A DNA stretch of 37,603 nt, taken from positions 248,001 through 285,603 of the forward strand of contig NW_026576641.1 in the NCBI RefSeq assembly GCF_028641065.1, in the 5' to 3' direction. Below, piece after piece: positions 1 through 11,569 of the stretch. Below the pieces are notes generated by a model. It was given only the letters and a program-made list of their open reading frames with translations, made no database searches and had not been told where the DNA came from. Source of the DNA: Leucoraja erinacea. Taxonomy: Eukaryota. The translations under genes were made by a program, and so were the position numbers. Each line of letters opens with the position of its first letter. Position 1 is the stretch's first letter.

Positions 1-139
1 CAAAATTGTTCCCAATTGGGCCCCGCACATCCTAAGGCCGGCCCTGTATATGTAGCCCTATATTTTAAAATCTCACGTACCCCCTGGAGTGCCTTCACGT
101 ACCCCCAGGGGTACGCGTACCCCCATTTGAGAACCACTG
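1..139. mobile_element. Two hAT-type MITE ends
   Basis: ...GGCCGGCCCTG ends at 46 and ...TTTGAGAACCACTG ends at 139; both are reverse complements of typical hAT CAG-starting TIRs. Confidence 0.6.
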
Positions 140-305
140 TTATAAATACATACATACAGCGCTCCCTCAGAGGACTTAGAGATAGGCTTGTGAGTAGAAA
201 TAGGTTTTGAGTCTCGACTTAAAGGAGTAGATTGAGGGGGCAGTTCTGATGAGTAGAGGGAATCTGTTCCACAGTATAGGAGCTGCAACTACAAAGGCGC
301 GACCC
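140..305 (-). mobile_element. L2-clade LINE 3' fragment
   Basis: Homologous to 6415-6595 and 13790-13960 (RAFAVAAPxLWN...FKSRLKT). Confidence 0.8.
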
Positions 306-974
306 GTCGTCTGAAGTAACGTCACCTGTTCCTTCGCTCTATAGATGCTGCCTCACCCGCTGAGTTTATCCAGCATTTTTGTCTACCTTCATGTTTTCAA
401 AGATCTTTCAACTAATTGGCCCGGGAAGAAAGATTAAAGGCGGAACTATTCCCAGGAATCCGTCGCCACAATGTCGCAGTGGTAGAGCCGCGAACTCACA
501 AAGCATTCGACCCGGGTTCGATCCTGAACTTTAGATAGGAGATGGGGAGAAATGTCTTTAGTAATTTGGGTGGCGAGTCTGTGGAATTCATTGAAAGAGG
601 CGGGCGCCGCAATGAATCCAGTTCTTTCACCGCAACAGACAGACGGTGATGGAGGCCAAGTCGTTGGGTGTTTTTCAGCTGGAGGTTAACATATTTTCGG
701 TTAGTGGGGGTGTCAAGAGTGTAGGATGGAAACTGCAGATGCTGCTTTACAAGGAAGATATACATAAAATGCTGGAGTAACTCCGCGGGACAGGCACCAT
801 CTCTGGAGAAAAAGGATAGGTGACGAAATAATTTAAGAATAAGGGGCAAGCCATTTAGAACGGAGACGAGGAAACACTTTTTCTCACAGAGAGTTGTGAG
901 TCTGTGGAATTCTCTGCCTCAGAGGGCGGTGGAGGCCGGTTCTCTGGATACATTCAAGAGAGAGTTAGATAGGA

Positions 975-1390
975 AGAGCAGAACCCTTCTTCTGACTGAT
1001 GTGGTGGGGAGGTGGGGGGGGGGGGGGGGAAGAAGGAAGGCAGAGGTGGAGCCAGTGGGTTGAGGGAGAGTTGAGAAGGGGAGAAGACAGTAAGGACTAC
1101 CTGAAATTAGAGAAGTCAATGTTCATACCCTGGGGTGTAAACTATCCAGCGCTCCCACCCAGTCTGACCTTCAGAAATATTCTGAAAAGTGAAAATTCCC
1201 CAAAGTGAAAAACAAATAACTGGGTGAAAAGTAATGTTCGCTACAGGGAAAAATAGGTCCATACAGGAATAATGTGTGGGAAGGAACTGCAGATGCTGTT
1301 CTGTCAAAGTGCTGGAGTAACTGGGCGGGTTTAGCAGCATATCTGCAGAAAAGGAATAGCCGCGTTTCGGGTCGAAGCCGAAGAAGGGTA
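975..1390 (-). mobile_element. Penelope GIY-YIG 3' end (975-1145) and pLTR remnant (1275-1390); further remnants at 309-392 and 731-826
   Basis: AGAGAAGTCAATGTTCATACC matches the 3' end of the GIY-YIG ORF at 18460-18483; pLTR consensus present. Confidence 0.75.
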
Positions 1391-1580
1391 AGGGGCTGTC
1401 CCACTCTAGCGTAATTTGTGCGTAATTTACGCGGCATCATTCACGCGTCACGACGCATGGTGCATGGTGACGTAGGCAGTGACCCGCGGTCGCGCGCGGC
1501 GCCCCAGGATTTTGGGATGTACAAAATCTTCGCGTGCCATCTGCGTGACGCGTAAATGACGCCCAAGTGGGACAGGCCCT
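1391..1580. mobile_element. MITE, PIF/Harbinger-like
   Basis: TIRs AGGGGCTGTCCCACT / AGTGGGACAGGCCCT, palindromic CpG-rich interior, TAA at the left flank. Confidence 0.8.
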
Positions 1581-1957
1581 TGATTGCGAAAATTCGTAAA
1601 TCGGGCGTTCGTAAGTCAAGTTCGTCAATGTTGAGTTGGTGATCGATGGAACTCTCTTATATTTCAGCTGAATGTCGCCCGGTCAGAGATTCATGTTGCC
1701 CGGAATTCGCGCCGACCTGCACCTGTGCAACCGGAGTAACATTAGTGTGTGCAATTGGAAGTACCAAGGTGGCATTTCGCCACTCCTGATCTACAAACAA
1801 TAAACATATTTTCTCCTGTCCGATCAAACTCAGTATTCTGTTAATTAAAGAGAGAGATGTTTGCTTCATGGAGCGTGGGTGGCTGACTAAAGTACATTTA
1901 ACCCTCGAGATGTGACCAGCTTCAACTAAATCACTGATTTTAAATATCTTTTGATTA

Positions 1958-3225
1958 TCTACAGTTGTACAGGGCCCTCGTGAGACCACACCTGGAGTAT
2001 TGTGTGCAGTTTTGGCCTGTTGGCCTTCATAACAAGAGGAGTTGAGTAGAGGAGGTCCTTCTGCAGTTGTACAGGACCCTAGTGAGACCACACCTGGAGT
2101 ATTATGTTTTTGGCCCGTTGGCCTTCATAACAAGAGGAGTTGAGTAGAGGAGGTCCTTCTGTAGTTGTACAGGACCCTAGTGAGACCACACCTGGAGTAT
2201 TGTGTGCAGTTTTGGTCCCCTAATTTGAGGAAGGACATTCTTGCTATTGAGGGAGTGCAGCGTAGGTTTACAAGGTTAATTCCCGGGATGGCGGGACTGT
2301 CATATGCTGAGAGAATGGAGCGGCTGGGCTTGTACACTCTGGAGTTTAGAAGGATGTCATTGAAACATATAAGATTATTAAGGGTTTGGACACGCTAGAG
2401 AGCAGGAAACATGTTTTGGTCCCTGGAGGAAACGAGTTGGGGAATTGCGATGGAACATNNNNNNNNNNNNNNNNNNNNNNNNNNNNNNNNNNNNNNNNNN
2501 NNNNNNNNNNNNNNNNNNNNNNNNNNNNNNNNNNNNNNNNNNNNNNNNNNNNNNNNNNNNNNNNNNNNNNNNNNNNNNNNNNNNNNNNNNNNNNNNNNNN
2601 NNNNNNNNNNNNNNNNNNNNNNNNNNNNNNNNNNNNNNNNNNNNNNNNNNNNNNNNNNNNAATGTCATGGGGGAGTCCAGAACCAAGAGTGGGCACCACT
2701 CTGGAGGTTTAGAAGGATGTATTGAAGAATAAGAATAAAGGTTGGGTCACGGTAGAGGAAGGAAACATGTTCCCGATGTTGGGGATTGTGGGGGGGGGGG
2801 GGGGGGAGCCAGAAACCAAGGGCCACAGTTTAAGAATAAGGCGTAAGCGATTTAGAACGGAGATGAGGGAATTTCGCGAGAGAACATAGGTTGGGGATGA
2901 TCAGCCATGATCATATTGAATGGCGGTGCTGGCTCGAAGGGCCGAATGGCCTCCTCCTGCACCTATTTTCCATGTTTCTATGAGGAAACACTTTTTCTCA
3001 CAGAGAGTCTGTGGAATTCTCTGCCTCAGAGGGCGGTGAAGGCCGGTTCCCTGGATACTTTCAAGAGAGAGCTAGATAGGGCTCTTAAAGAAAGCGGAGT
3101 CAGTGGATGAGGCAGGAACGGGATACTGATTGGGGATGATCAGCCATGATCACATTGAATTTCAGTGCTGGCTCGACGAGCCGAATGACCTACTCCTGCA
3201 CCTATTTTCTATGTTTCTATGTTTA
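1958..3225 (+). mobile_element. CR1 LINE 3' fragments, rearranged, spanning an N-gap (also 531-725 and 829-972)
   Basis: [32 protein letters not shown]; 3' UTR GGCTCGAAGGGCCGAATGGCC; (GTTTCTAT)n tail. Confidence 0.9.
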
Positions 3226-3692
3226 TACCAACAGCAGATCAGAAACTAACCAGGTGCAGACACAGTCGCAAATCAGTGCATGTTGTGCTATATAATAAGC
3301 CTTTAGAAAGAATTCGCCCGAGGGATTGTTTCTGCTGTTAGACCATCCGATTGCGAAGCGCAGCTATTAAGTTATGAATAAATGAATGTATGACTGATTT
3401 AATGTATAATTCTTCCCCATTGTCACGCCTCTATGTTAAATATCAGAATGCCAAATGCATTTACTGATAACGAGAAATCCCACGACGGTTTTCAATGAAA
3501 CTTATCTGGAATATATATAAGCAGACAAACTGTGGTCCACAGAACCTCCAGTTTTCCAACCTTCAGGCACATGGAGGTGACTGCCAGCTTCCTGTATTTG
3601 GCAGATAATCTAATTATTCCTCACCTCATCTCCACACTGAAAGTGAGACTGAATCAGAAATATTTATTGAAATACAAATGCCGCCTTAAAGG

Positions 3693-4347
3693 GAAGATAA
3701 ACACAAAAAGCTGGAGTAACTCAGCGGGTCAGGCAGCATCTCTGGAGAGAAGGAATCGGTGACGTTTCGGGTCGAGACCCTTCTTCACACTTCAGAAGCG
3801 TCTCGACCCGAAACGTGACATAGAAACATAGAAACTAGGTGCAGGAGTAGGCCATTCGGCCCTTCGAGCCTGCACCGCCATTCAACGTGATCATGGCTGG
3901 TCATCCAACTCAGTATCCTGTACCTGCCTTCACTCCATACCCCCTGATCCCTTTAGCCACAAGGGCCACATCTAACTCCCTCTTAAATATAGTCAATGAT
4001 CTGTGGCCTCAACTACCTTCTGTGGCAGAGAGTTGCAGAGAATCACCACTCTCTGTGTGAAAAATGTTTTTCTCATCTCGGTCCTAAAGGATTTCCCCCT
4101 TATCCTTAAGCTGTGACCCCTTGTTCTGGACTTCCCCAACATCGGGAACAATCTCCCTGCATCTAGCCTGTCCAACCCCTTAAGAATTTTGTAAGTTTCT
4201 ATAAGATCCCCCCTCAATCTTCTAAATTCTAGCGAGTACAAGCCGAGTCTATCCAGTCTTTCTTCATATGAAAGTCCTGACCTATTCTTTTCTCCAGAGA
4301 TGCTGCCTGACCCGCTGAGATACTCCAGCGTTTTGGGTCTATCTTCT
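3693..4347. mobile_element. Inverted Penelope pLTR pair (3693-3818 and 4281-4347) split by a minus-strand CR1 3' fragment (3819-4280)
   Basis: ...GACCCGAAACGTGAC | CR1 tail ATAGAAAC...CR1 RT C-terminus | CCTATTC...GATGCTGCCTGACCCGCTGAG resumes the pLTR consensus. Confidence 0.85.
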
Positions 4348-4509
4348 TCAGAATTATTTTTACTTTATCAAGCATTTTTAAGCATTTTCAGCTCACGAAA
4401 GTGGCTCATCGATGCAAGGCCGTCTCTTTGTGCCCCGGGGGCATTAATTCGAAATCCAGTTGATGCCTGTATGTCGTGCTGCACTGAGGTAAGGAAACTA
4501 AATAGTTAA

Positions 4510-4695
4510 AGGGCCTGTCCCACTTTCACGACCTAATTCACGACCTTTTTAACTCGTGGACATTTTTCATCAAAAACGCCCCGACCTACTTGACGCCACA
4601 AGTACATACGGATAACATCACGGACTGCTACAAACTACCTACGACCTCGTACGACCTCGTGACGGCCATGCTGCGAGTATGAGTCAAGGGCAATA
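4510..4695. mobile_element. Truncated MITE sharing the AGGGCCTGTCCCACTT TIR
   Basis: Same terminal 15-mer as 1391-1580 with a different interior containing ACGACCT subrepeats; right TIR missing. Confidence 0.65.
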
Positions 4696-4774
4696 TCCAA
4701 CACTTCTCGACTTTGAACAGAGGGCAGAGCCGCAGTTTTTCCACTGGCCGCTGGGTGGTGGTGGTGAGCTATGT

Positions 4775-5098
4775 AAGGACACAGAGTGCTGGAGAAACTC
4801 CAGTGGGTCAGGCAGCATCTGTGGAGAACATGGATAGTCGACGTTTCTTGTCTAAACCCTTCTTCAGACTGATTCGGGTGGGTGTGTGAGAGGGGGTGGG
4901 AGGGATGGGATGGTGGAGAAGAGAACTGGAAGAGGGGAGAATGTGTAGGAAAGAACTGCAGATACTGGTTTAAATCGAAGGTAGACACAAAATGCTGGAG
5001 TAACTCAGCGGGACAGGCAGTATCTCTAGAGAGAAGGAATGGGCGACGTTTCGGGTCAAAAGAAGGGTCTCGACCCAAAACGTCACCTATTCTTTCTA
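4775..5098 (-). mobile_element. Two adjacent Penelope pLTR remnants, the second with an inverted arm
   Basis: TGCTGGAG(T/A)AACTC..GGCAGCATCT..GACGTTTC..CCCTTCTTCAGACT consensus; degenerate hammerhead cores. Confidence 0.8.
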
Positions 5099-5124
5099 TC
5101 TGTGTGTGTGTGTGTGTGTGTGTT

Positions 5125-5940
5125 TAATGTAGATAAATGTTAGGCTATCCACTTTGGTAGCAAAAACAGGAAAGCAGATTACTATCTAAATGGCGTCAAG
5201 TTGGGAAAAAGGGAAGTACAACGGGATCTGGGGGTCCTTGTTCATCAGTCAATGAAAGTAAGCATGTAGGTACAGCAGGCAGTGAAGAAAGCGAATGGCA
5301 TGTTGTCCTTTATAACAAGAGGAGTTGAGTATAGGAGCAAATAGGTCCTTCCGCAGTTATACAGGGCCCTAGTGAGACCACACCAGGAGTATTGAGTGCA
5401 GTTTTGGTCACCTAATTTGAGGAAGGACATCCTTGCTATTAGAGGGAGTGCAGCATAGGTTTACCAGGTTAATTCCCGGGATGGCGGGACTGTCATATGC
5501 TGAGAGAATGGAGCGGCTGGGCTTGTACATTCTGGAGTTTAGAAGGATGAGACGGGATCTCATTGAAACATATAAGATTATTAACGGTTTGGACATGCTA
5601 GAGGCAGGAAACATGTTCCCGATGTTGGGGGAGTCCAGAACCAGGGGCTACAGTTTAAGAATAAGGGGTTGGCCATTTAGTATGGAGATGGGGAAACACT
5701 ATTTCTCACAGAGAGTTGTGAGTCTGTGGAATTCTCTGCCTCAGAGGGCGGTGGAGGCCGGTTCTCTGGATACTTTCAAGAGAGAGCTAGATAGGGCTGT
5801 TAAAGATAGTGGAGTCAGGGGATATGGGGAGAAGGCAGGAACGGGGTACTGATTGTGGATGATCAGCCATGGTCACATTGAATGGCGGTGCTGGCTCAAA
5901 GGGCAGAATGGCCTCTACTCCTTCACCTGTTGTCTATTGT
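5125..5940 (+). mobile_element. 5'-truncated CR1 LINE
   Basis: RT C-terminus with stops and frameshifts, conserved 3' UTR and TATTGTC tail. Confidence 0.93.
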
Positions 5941-6295
5941 GGATTGGAACGGAGGTGTGCAAAACACTGAGGGGCCTCAATAGTGAAAACACGGCTTCAT
6001 TTGGACAAATGTGCGGAGAGGAAGGAGGCACAAGGAAGTCCACATGCTGGAATGTCAAGCAAAAGGGCAAAATCGCATTGAATGGCGGTGCTGTCTCGAA
6101 GGGCCGAATGGCCTTCTCCTGCACCTATTGTCTATTGTTTTGTGTTTTACTCAAGATTTAAGCATCTGCAGTTCCTTCTGTCCCCTCAATTCTCCCCGCC
6201 CTACAATATGGAGCAGTGGTGTGGACCATTTAATAGCAGCCACCACAGACCCCTTGAATCCTAGCCCCAGAGGTGCCTTTAGACTTAAGAGTTAC

Positions 6296-6925
6296 AGTCA
6301 AGTCAAGTCAAGTCACTGTTATTTCTATAGCACATTTAAAAAACAACTCTCGTTGGCCAAAGTGCTTTACATTGGTGGAGATACTAACGTTATACAACAT
6401 TGGTTCATAGATTAAGTACATACATAAATACATACATATAGCCTTCACTCAGAGGACGTCAAGAAAGGCTTGGTAGTAGAGATGAGTTTTAAGTCTCGAC
6501 TTAAAGGAGTCGATGGAGGGGGCAGTTCTGATGGGAAGGGGGATGCTGTTCCACAGTCTAGGAGCTGCAACCGCAAAGACGCGGTCGATCGCCCCTGAGC
6601 TTATGCCTAGACCGCGGGATGTTCAGCAACCCTAAGTCGGCCGATCTGAGGGGCCTGGAGGTGGAGTGGTGGGTGAGAAGACTTTTTATGTAGGTGGGGG
6701 CAAGCCCATTGAGGGCTTTGTAGACATGGAGGAGGATCTTGAAGTTTGTACTGAACCGCACAGGGAGCCATTGGAGAGAGTTTCGCCAGGATCGGGGTGA
6801 TGTGGTCCCTGTATCGGGTGCCCGTCAGGAGTGTCGCTGCGGTGTTTTGGACCAGTTGCAGGCGGGACAGGGAAGATTGGCTGATGCCAGTGTAGAGGGA
6901 GTTGCAGTAATCTAGGCGGGAGGAA
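6296..6925 (-). mobile_element. L2-clade LINE 3' fragment with (TTGAC)n tail
   Basis: SRLDYCNSL..., LHWLPV..FKILLHVYKALNGLAPTYIKSLL; AGTCA repeats at 6296-6316. Confidence 0.9.
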
Positions 6926-7031
6926 ACAGGGTGGAAACAGGCCCTTCGACCTTGATTCGAACTTGCAGCTTCTGGTTCAAAGGACGGTTTGCAGCCGACG
7001 AACGTGGCACTCAGTGGGCAACTACTCTACG

Positions 7032-7733
7032 CTGGGTGTCCTTGTACACCGGTCACTGAAAGTTGGCGTGCAGGTACAGCAGGCAGTGAAGAAAGCTAAT
7101 GGAATGTTGGCCTTCATAACAAGAGGATTTCAGTATAGGAGTAAAGAGGTTCTTCTGCAGTTGTATAGGGCCCTGGTGAGACCACATCTGGAGTATTGTG
7201 TACAGTTTTGGTCTCCTAATTTGATGAAGGACATCTTTGTGATCGAGGGAATGCAGTGTAGGTTCACAAGATTGATCCCTGGGATGGCGGGACTGTCATA
7301 TGAGGAAAGATTGAAAAGGCTAGGCTTGTATTCACTGGAGTTTAGAAGGGTGAGGGGGAGTCTTATAGAAACATATAAAATTATAAAAGGACTGGATAAG
7401 CTAGATGCAGGGAAAATGTTCCCAATGTTGGGCGAGTCCAGAACCAGAGGCCACAGGGGAGGTCACTTAAGACTGAGGTGAGCAAAAAAATATTCTCCCA
7501 GAGAGTTGTGAATTTGTGGAATTCCCTGCCACAGAGGGCAGTGGAGGTCAAGTCACTGGATGGATTTAAGAGAGAGTTAGATAGAGCTCTAGGGGCTGGT
7601 GGAATCAAGGGATATGGGGAGAAGGCAGGCACGGGTTATTGATTGGGGATGATCAGCCATGATCACAATGAATGACAGTGCTGGCTCGAAGGGCCAAATG
7701 GCCTCCTCTTGCACCTGTTTTCTATGTTTATGT
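7032..7733 (+). mobile_element. 5'-truncated CR1 LINE
   Basis: [34 protein letters not shown]; 3' UTR. Confidence 0.93.
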
Positions 7734-8267
7734 CTACACTAGCCCACACGTGTCTTCAGGCCTGGCTCCGGATGTGGTCTCAACTCCAGTGAAGGGCTGC
7801 CGAGTGAGTAATGTGTCTTGCAATGCTTGTCTCTCATCCCTTCCTGTGTGTGTGAGTCTGACTACAGCATGTGGCAATTTTCCGTTAAATCAATTCCCCT
7901 TCGATTTAACCTGTACATGTGCCGACTTGCCTGCACACATTTGCAATGTTATCCTCCTCATCCAATTTTCCTGCCTTCTCCCCATAACCATTGACACCCG
8001 TTCTAATCAAGAATGTGTCTATACTGTACTTACCTTAAAAATATCCACTGACATGGCATCCACAGCCACGAGTTCCACGTATTAACTTCCCTCTGCCAAC
8101 ACAATAACCTGACTCAACACCAGCAAAATCAAGGAACTAATTGTGGACTTTCGAAGGGGTAGATAGGAACCCACAATCCTGTCTATATCAATGGGACACA
8201 GAAACATAGAAAATAGGTGCTGGAGGAGGCTGATGCAAGATGAGGGGAACTAATTTCCTGGAGCTCC

Positions 8268-8703
8268 CAATTACAATCCAGACCGTGTTGAGCCATTGAA
8301 GGATTGGCACATCCTATTGACTCACTTCAGTGAGTGTGGAGCTTACTAGTTTACCACTTTCATGTCACTCAGAGGCTGATGCAAGGTGAGGGGAACTAAT
8401 TTCCTGCAGCTCCCACGAATATTAGCTCCTTCATTTCCTCTACTCACCCATCATCAATTTCCACTGCCCCATCATTATTTACAGTAGCTGGAATAACGAA
8501 AGGCTGAGCGGGCGAAACTTCACAATTCCTTTTTGTTTTAAATCAAAAATATTTATGAAAATATTGAAATAATATTCACAATACAATAAAAACAAAACCT
8601 AGGCAGTGTTGCGGACATCACTCGTCCTTCTAAACTCCAGCGAGTTCAGGCCCAGTGCCATCAAACGCTCAATGTTTCATGTTGAAGCCCCATTGTCAGA
8701 ACC
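8268..8703. repeat. Copy 1 of a ~435-bp local duplication (copy 2 at 11112-11548)
   Basis: Near-identical from AATTACAATCC to GCCCCATTGTCAGA. Confidence 0.9.
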
Positions 8704-8704
8704 A

Positions 8705-9335
8705 TTTAATTCTGAGGCTGTGACCTAGACTCTCCTAGACTCTCCCACCAGTGGAAACATCCTCTCCACATCCACTCTATCCAAACTAGAAGGGTCGAGA
8801 TGGTCATTATTCTGTAAGCTTCAATGAGGTCCCCCCTCATTCTTCTGAACTCCAGCGAGTACAGGCCCAGTGCCAACAAACGCTCATCATATGCTAACCC
8901 ACTCATTCCTGGAATCATTCTTGTAAATCTCCTCTGGACCCTCTCCACAGCCAGCACATCCTTCCTCAGACATGGGGCCCAAATTTGTTCACAATTTTCC
9001 AAATGCGGGCGGACCAGCGCCTTATAGAGCCTCAGCATTACATCCCTGTTTTTGTATACAAGCCCTCTCGATGCCATAAAAGGAATTAGCTTTCCTAATT
9101 GGCAAATGACTTGCTAGTCGACCCATTCGACTTGCAAATTAACTTTTTGGGACTTCTGCACCATCTCTCCCAAGTCCGTCTCTACCTCCGATTTCTGGAC
9201 TCCTATTACCAAAATGCATGACTCTGCACTTTGCTGCATTGAATTTCAACTGCCTCGCTTCTGCCCAGTCTCCCAACCTGTCCAAGTCCTTCTGCAGAGT
9301 CCTTGCTTCCTCTACAACACTGCCTGCTCACCCAC
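8705..9335 (-). mobile_element. CR1 LINE fragment (older subfamily)
   Basis: [30 protein letters not shown]. Confidence 0.88.
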
Positions 9336-9459
9336 CTATCTCATCTCTGGTCACGGACTAGATGCTGTTGTCCCATTCCCTAATTGGAAAGTAACCAGAC
9401 CTAATTTTATTTATAGAACCCGACTCTCACTCTGAAAAACAGCCAAAACGTAGTATTCA

Positions 9460-10199
9460 ACAAGAGTGTATGTATTGTATCAAATAATCATTGACAAAAA
9501 AAATGAATCAAGTACACAAAAAAAATAACAAAGAAATAAAAAAAAAAATAGTAAATAAATAGAAAACATGTAAAATAAAATTGAAATTGATCAAAATTTA
9601 CCACAAACAGAAGCAAAGCCTCAGGAATGGTCAAAAGCCAGGGAGTACAAATGTGTTTTAACACTGGATTTGAAGATGGACAGTCGCCCCCGGGGGCCTG
9701 TCTGATGCCTCAACGGCAGGGTGGTCCAACGCCGACGCCGGAGCAGCAACAGGTGAGAAGGCTCCTCCTCAGCGGCCCAGATCCTCTCTGAGCCTCCGCA
9801 CTAGACCTGAGTCGGCCGACCGGGCCAGTCGCAGGAGCGTTGACCAGCGCCGACCGCGTTGGGAGACCGCAAAGGCAGCTCCAGGATGTCGGTGCAGCAG
9901 CTCAGAGAGGGCTAACGGCGGGGGCGCCAGCCCCGCGATTCCAGAGCTATCCCGCCGCTGCTGGAGCAGATCGATCCCGGCAAAAGGCCGCGCCAATCCA
10001 GGTAGCATCATCTGTGGGGGAGGGGGGGGGGGCGAGGACAAGACTCGAATAATGTCCCGTCCTCACCAGGAAGCGGGGGACGGTATCCCCGAACCAGAGC
10101 CCTCTTCCCCCACACATAAAAACCCCCCCCAAAAAAAAAACATCTTTACTAACTAAAGAAAAAAAAAAACAGCCAGAAACGTGGCACCGTACCGGAAGT
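9460..10199 (-). mobile_element. Degraded L2-like 3' end adjoining a GC-rich 5'-UTR-like segment
   Basis: 9630-9790 reads FSPVAAP...FKSSVKTHLYSLAF on minus. 9790-10199 is CpG-rich and starts ACTTCCGGT on minus. Confidence 0.55.
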
Positions 10200-10535
10200 A
10201 CTATACCTGAGATGCTGCCTGACCCGCTGAGTTACTCCAGCATCTTGGATTTGTAGGCTTCTGTAAATTATCCTCGGTGTGTCGGATAGAACTCGTGCAG
10301 GAGTGATTGTTGGCTGGCACCGACCCAGTGGGTCGTAGGCCCTGTTTCCATGCCATATCTCTAAATTAAACTATTGAGATTTTAACTGAGAATTAACTTA
10401 TCAAATATTTGAACCATTTTTATAAAATCAAAAATATTTACTCGAATATTAAAATAATATATACAGTACAGTGAAAATAAAACAGAAACCACCACCTTAA
10501 TACACAACAAACGATAAACTGTTATACAACTATTT

Positions 10536-10683
10536 TAAGAAGGAACTGCTGATGCTGGAAAAATTGAAGGTAGATAAACTCAGCGGGTGGGGCAGCATCT
10601 ATGGAGCGATGGAATAGGTGATGTACGATTCCTTCACTCCATAGATGCTGCCTCACCCGCTGAGTTTCGCCAGCATTTTTATC
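10536..10683. mobile_element. Degenerate inverted Penelope pLTR pair
   Basis: AACTCAGCGGGTGGGGCAGCATCTATGGAG / CTCCATAGATGCTGCCTCACCCGCTGAGTT inverted arms; ribozyme core deleted. Confidence 0.78.
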
Positions 10684-11569
10684 CAGGTAGAACTATCTTA
10701 CACTCAATGTCAAGCATGCATTCAACCCCCGCGTGGTTCCCTGGACAGTGCGTAGTCCCTCTCTACCACCACCCGAGCGTGGGCATAATCCCGGAAAAGG
10801 GACGGGCAGCCGGCTCGGGCAGAGCCCTCTTCTGCCTGGCACCGTGACTCACAGAAATGGCCAGCTTGGCCAGGCCCAGGGGCAACCCAACCAAGACATC
10901 CTCGGTCCTGCTACCCTCTCCCCTACACCCAGAGATGTCCAGAGATGAGGATGGCAGGTGAGAAATGCAAGGAGCAAGCCCCTTTAGAGTATGGAACAGG
11001 GGCCAAATTTGAACTCTTGGCACAGAAATTTACATGAACTAACTGAGCATACGTATATGTCATCAATAACTTCCTTCCCTTTCTCAAACAAATTTTCACC
11101 TCCTTGTGTTTTAATTACAATCCTGACTGTGTTGAGCCATTGAAGGATTGGCACATCCTATTGACTCACTTGTGACACTTCAGTGAGTGTGGAGCTCACT
11201 AGCTAACACTTTGATGTCATTCAGAGGCTGATGCAAGGTGAGGGGAACTAATTTCCTGCAGCTGCCACGACTATTAGCTCCTTCATTTCCTCTACTCACC
11301 CATCATCAATTTCCACTGCCCCACCATTATTTACAGTCTCTGGAATAAGGAGAGGCTGAGCGGGCGAAACTTCACAATTCCTTTTTGTTTAGAATCAAAA
11401 ATATTGATTAAAATATTGAAATAATATTCACAATACAATAAAAACAAAACTTCATTGTGGACATCACTCATCCTTCTAAACTCCAGCGAGTTCAGGCCCA
11501 GTGCCATCATACGCTCAATGTTTCATGTTGAAGCCCCATTGTCAGAACTAGGAAGAAGACAAAATAAGC

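Noticed and set aside
465-530. tRNA gene
   Set aside because: A and B boxes are present but there is no acceptor stem or terminator; it is a SINE head.
1958-2760. Triplicated CR1 segment and scrambled sequence beside an N-gap
   Set aside because: Chimeric joins and indel noise at a contig end point to an assembly artefact.
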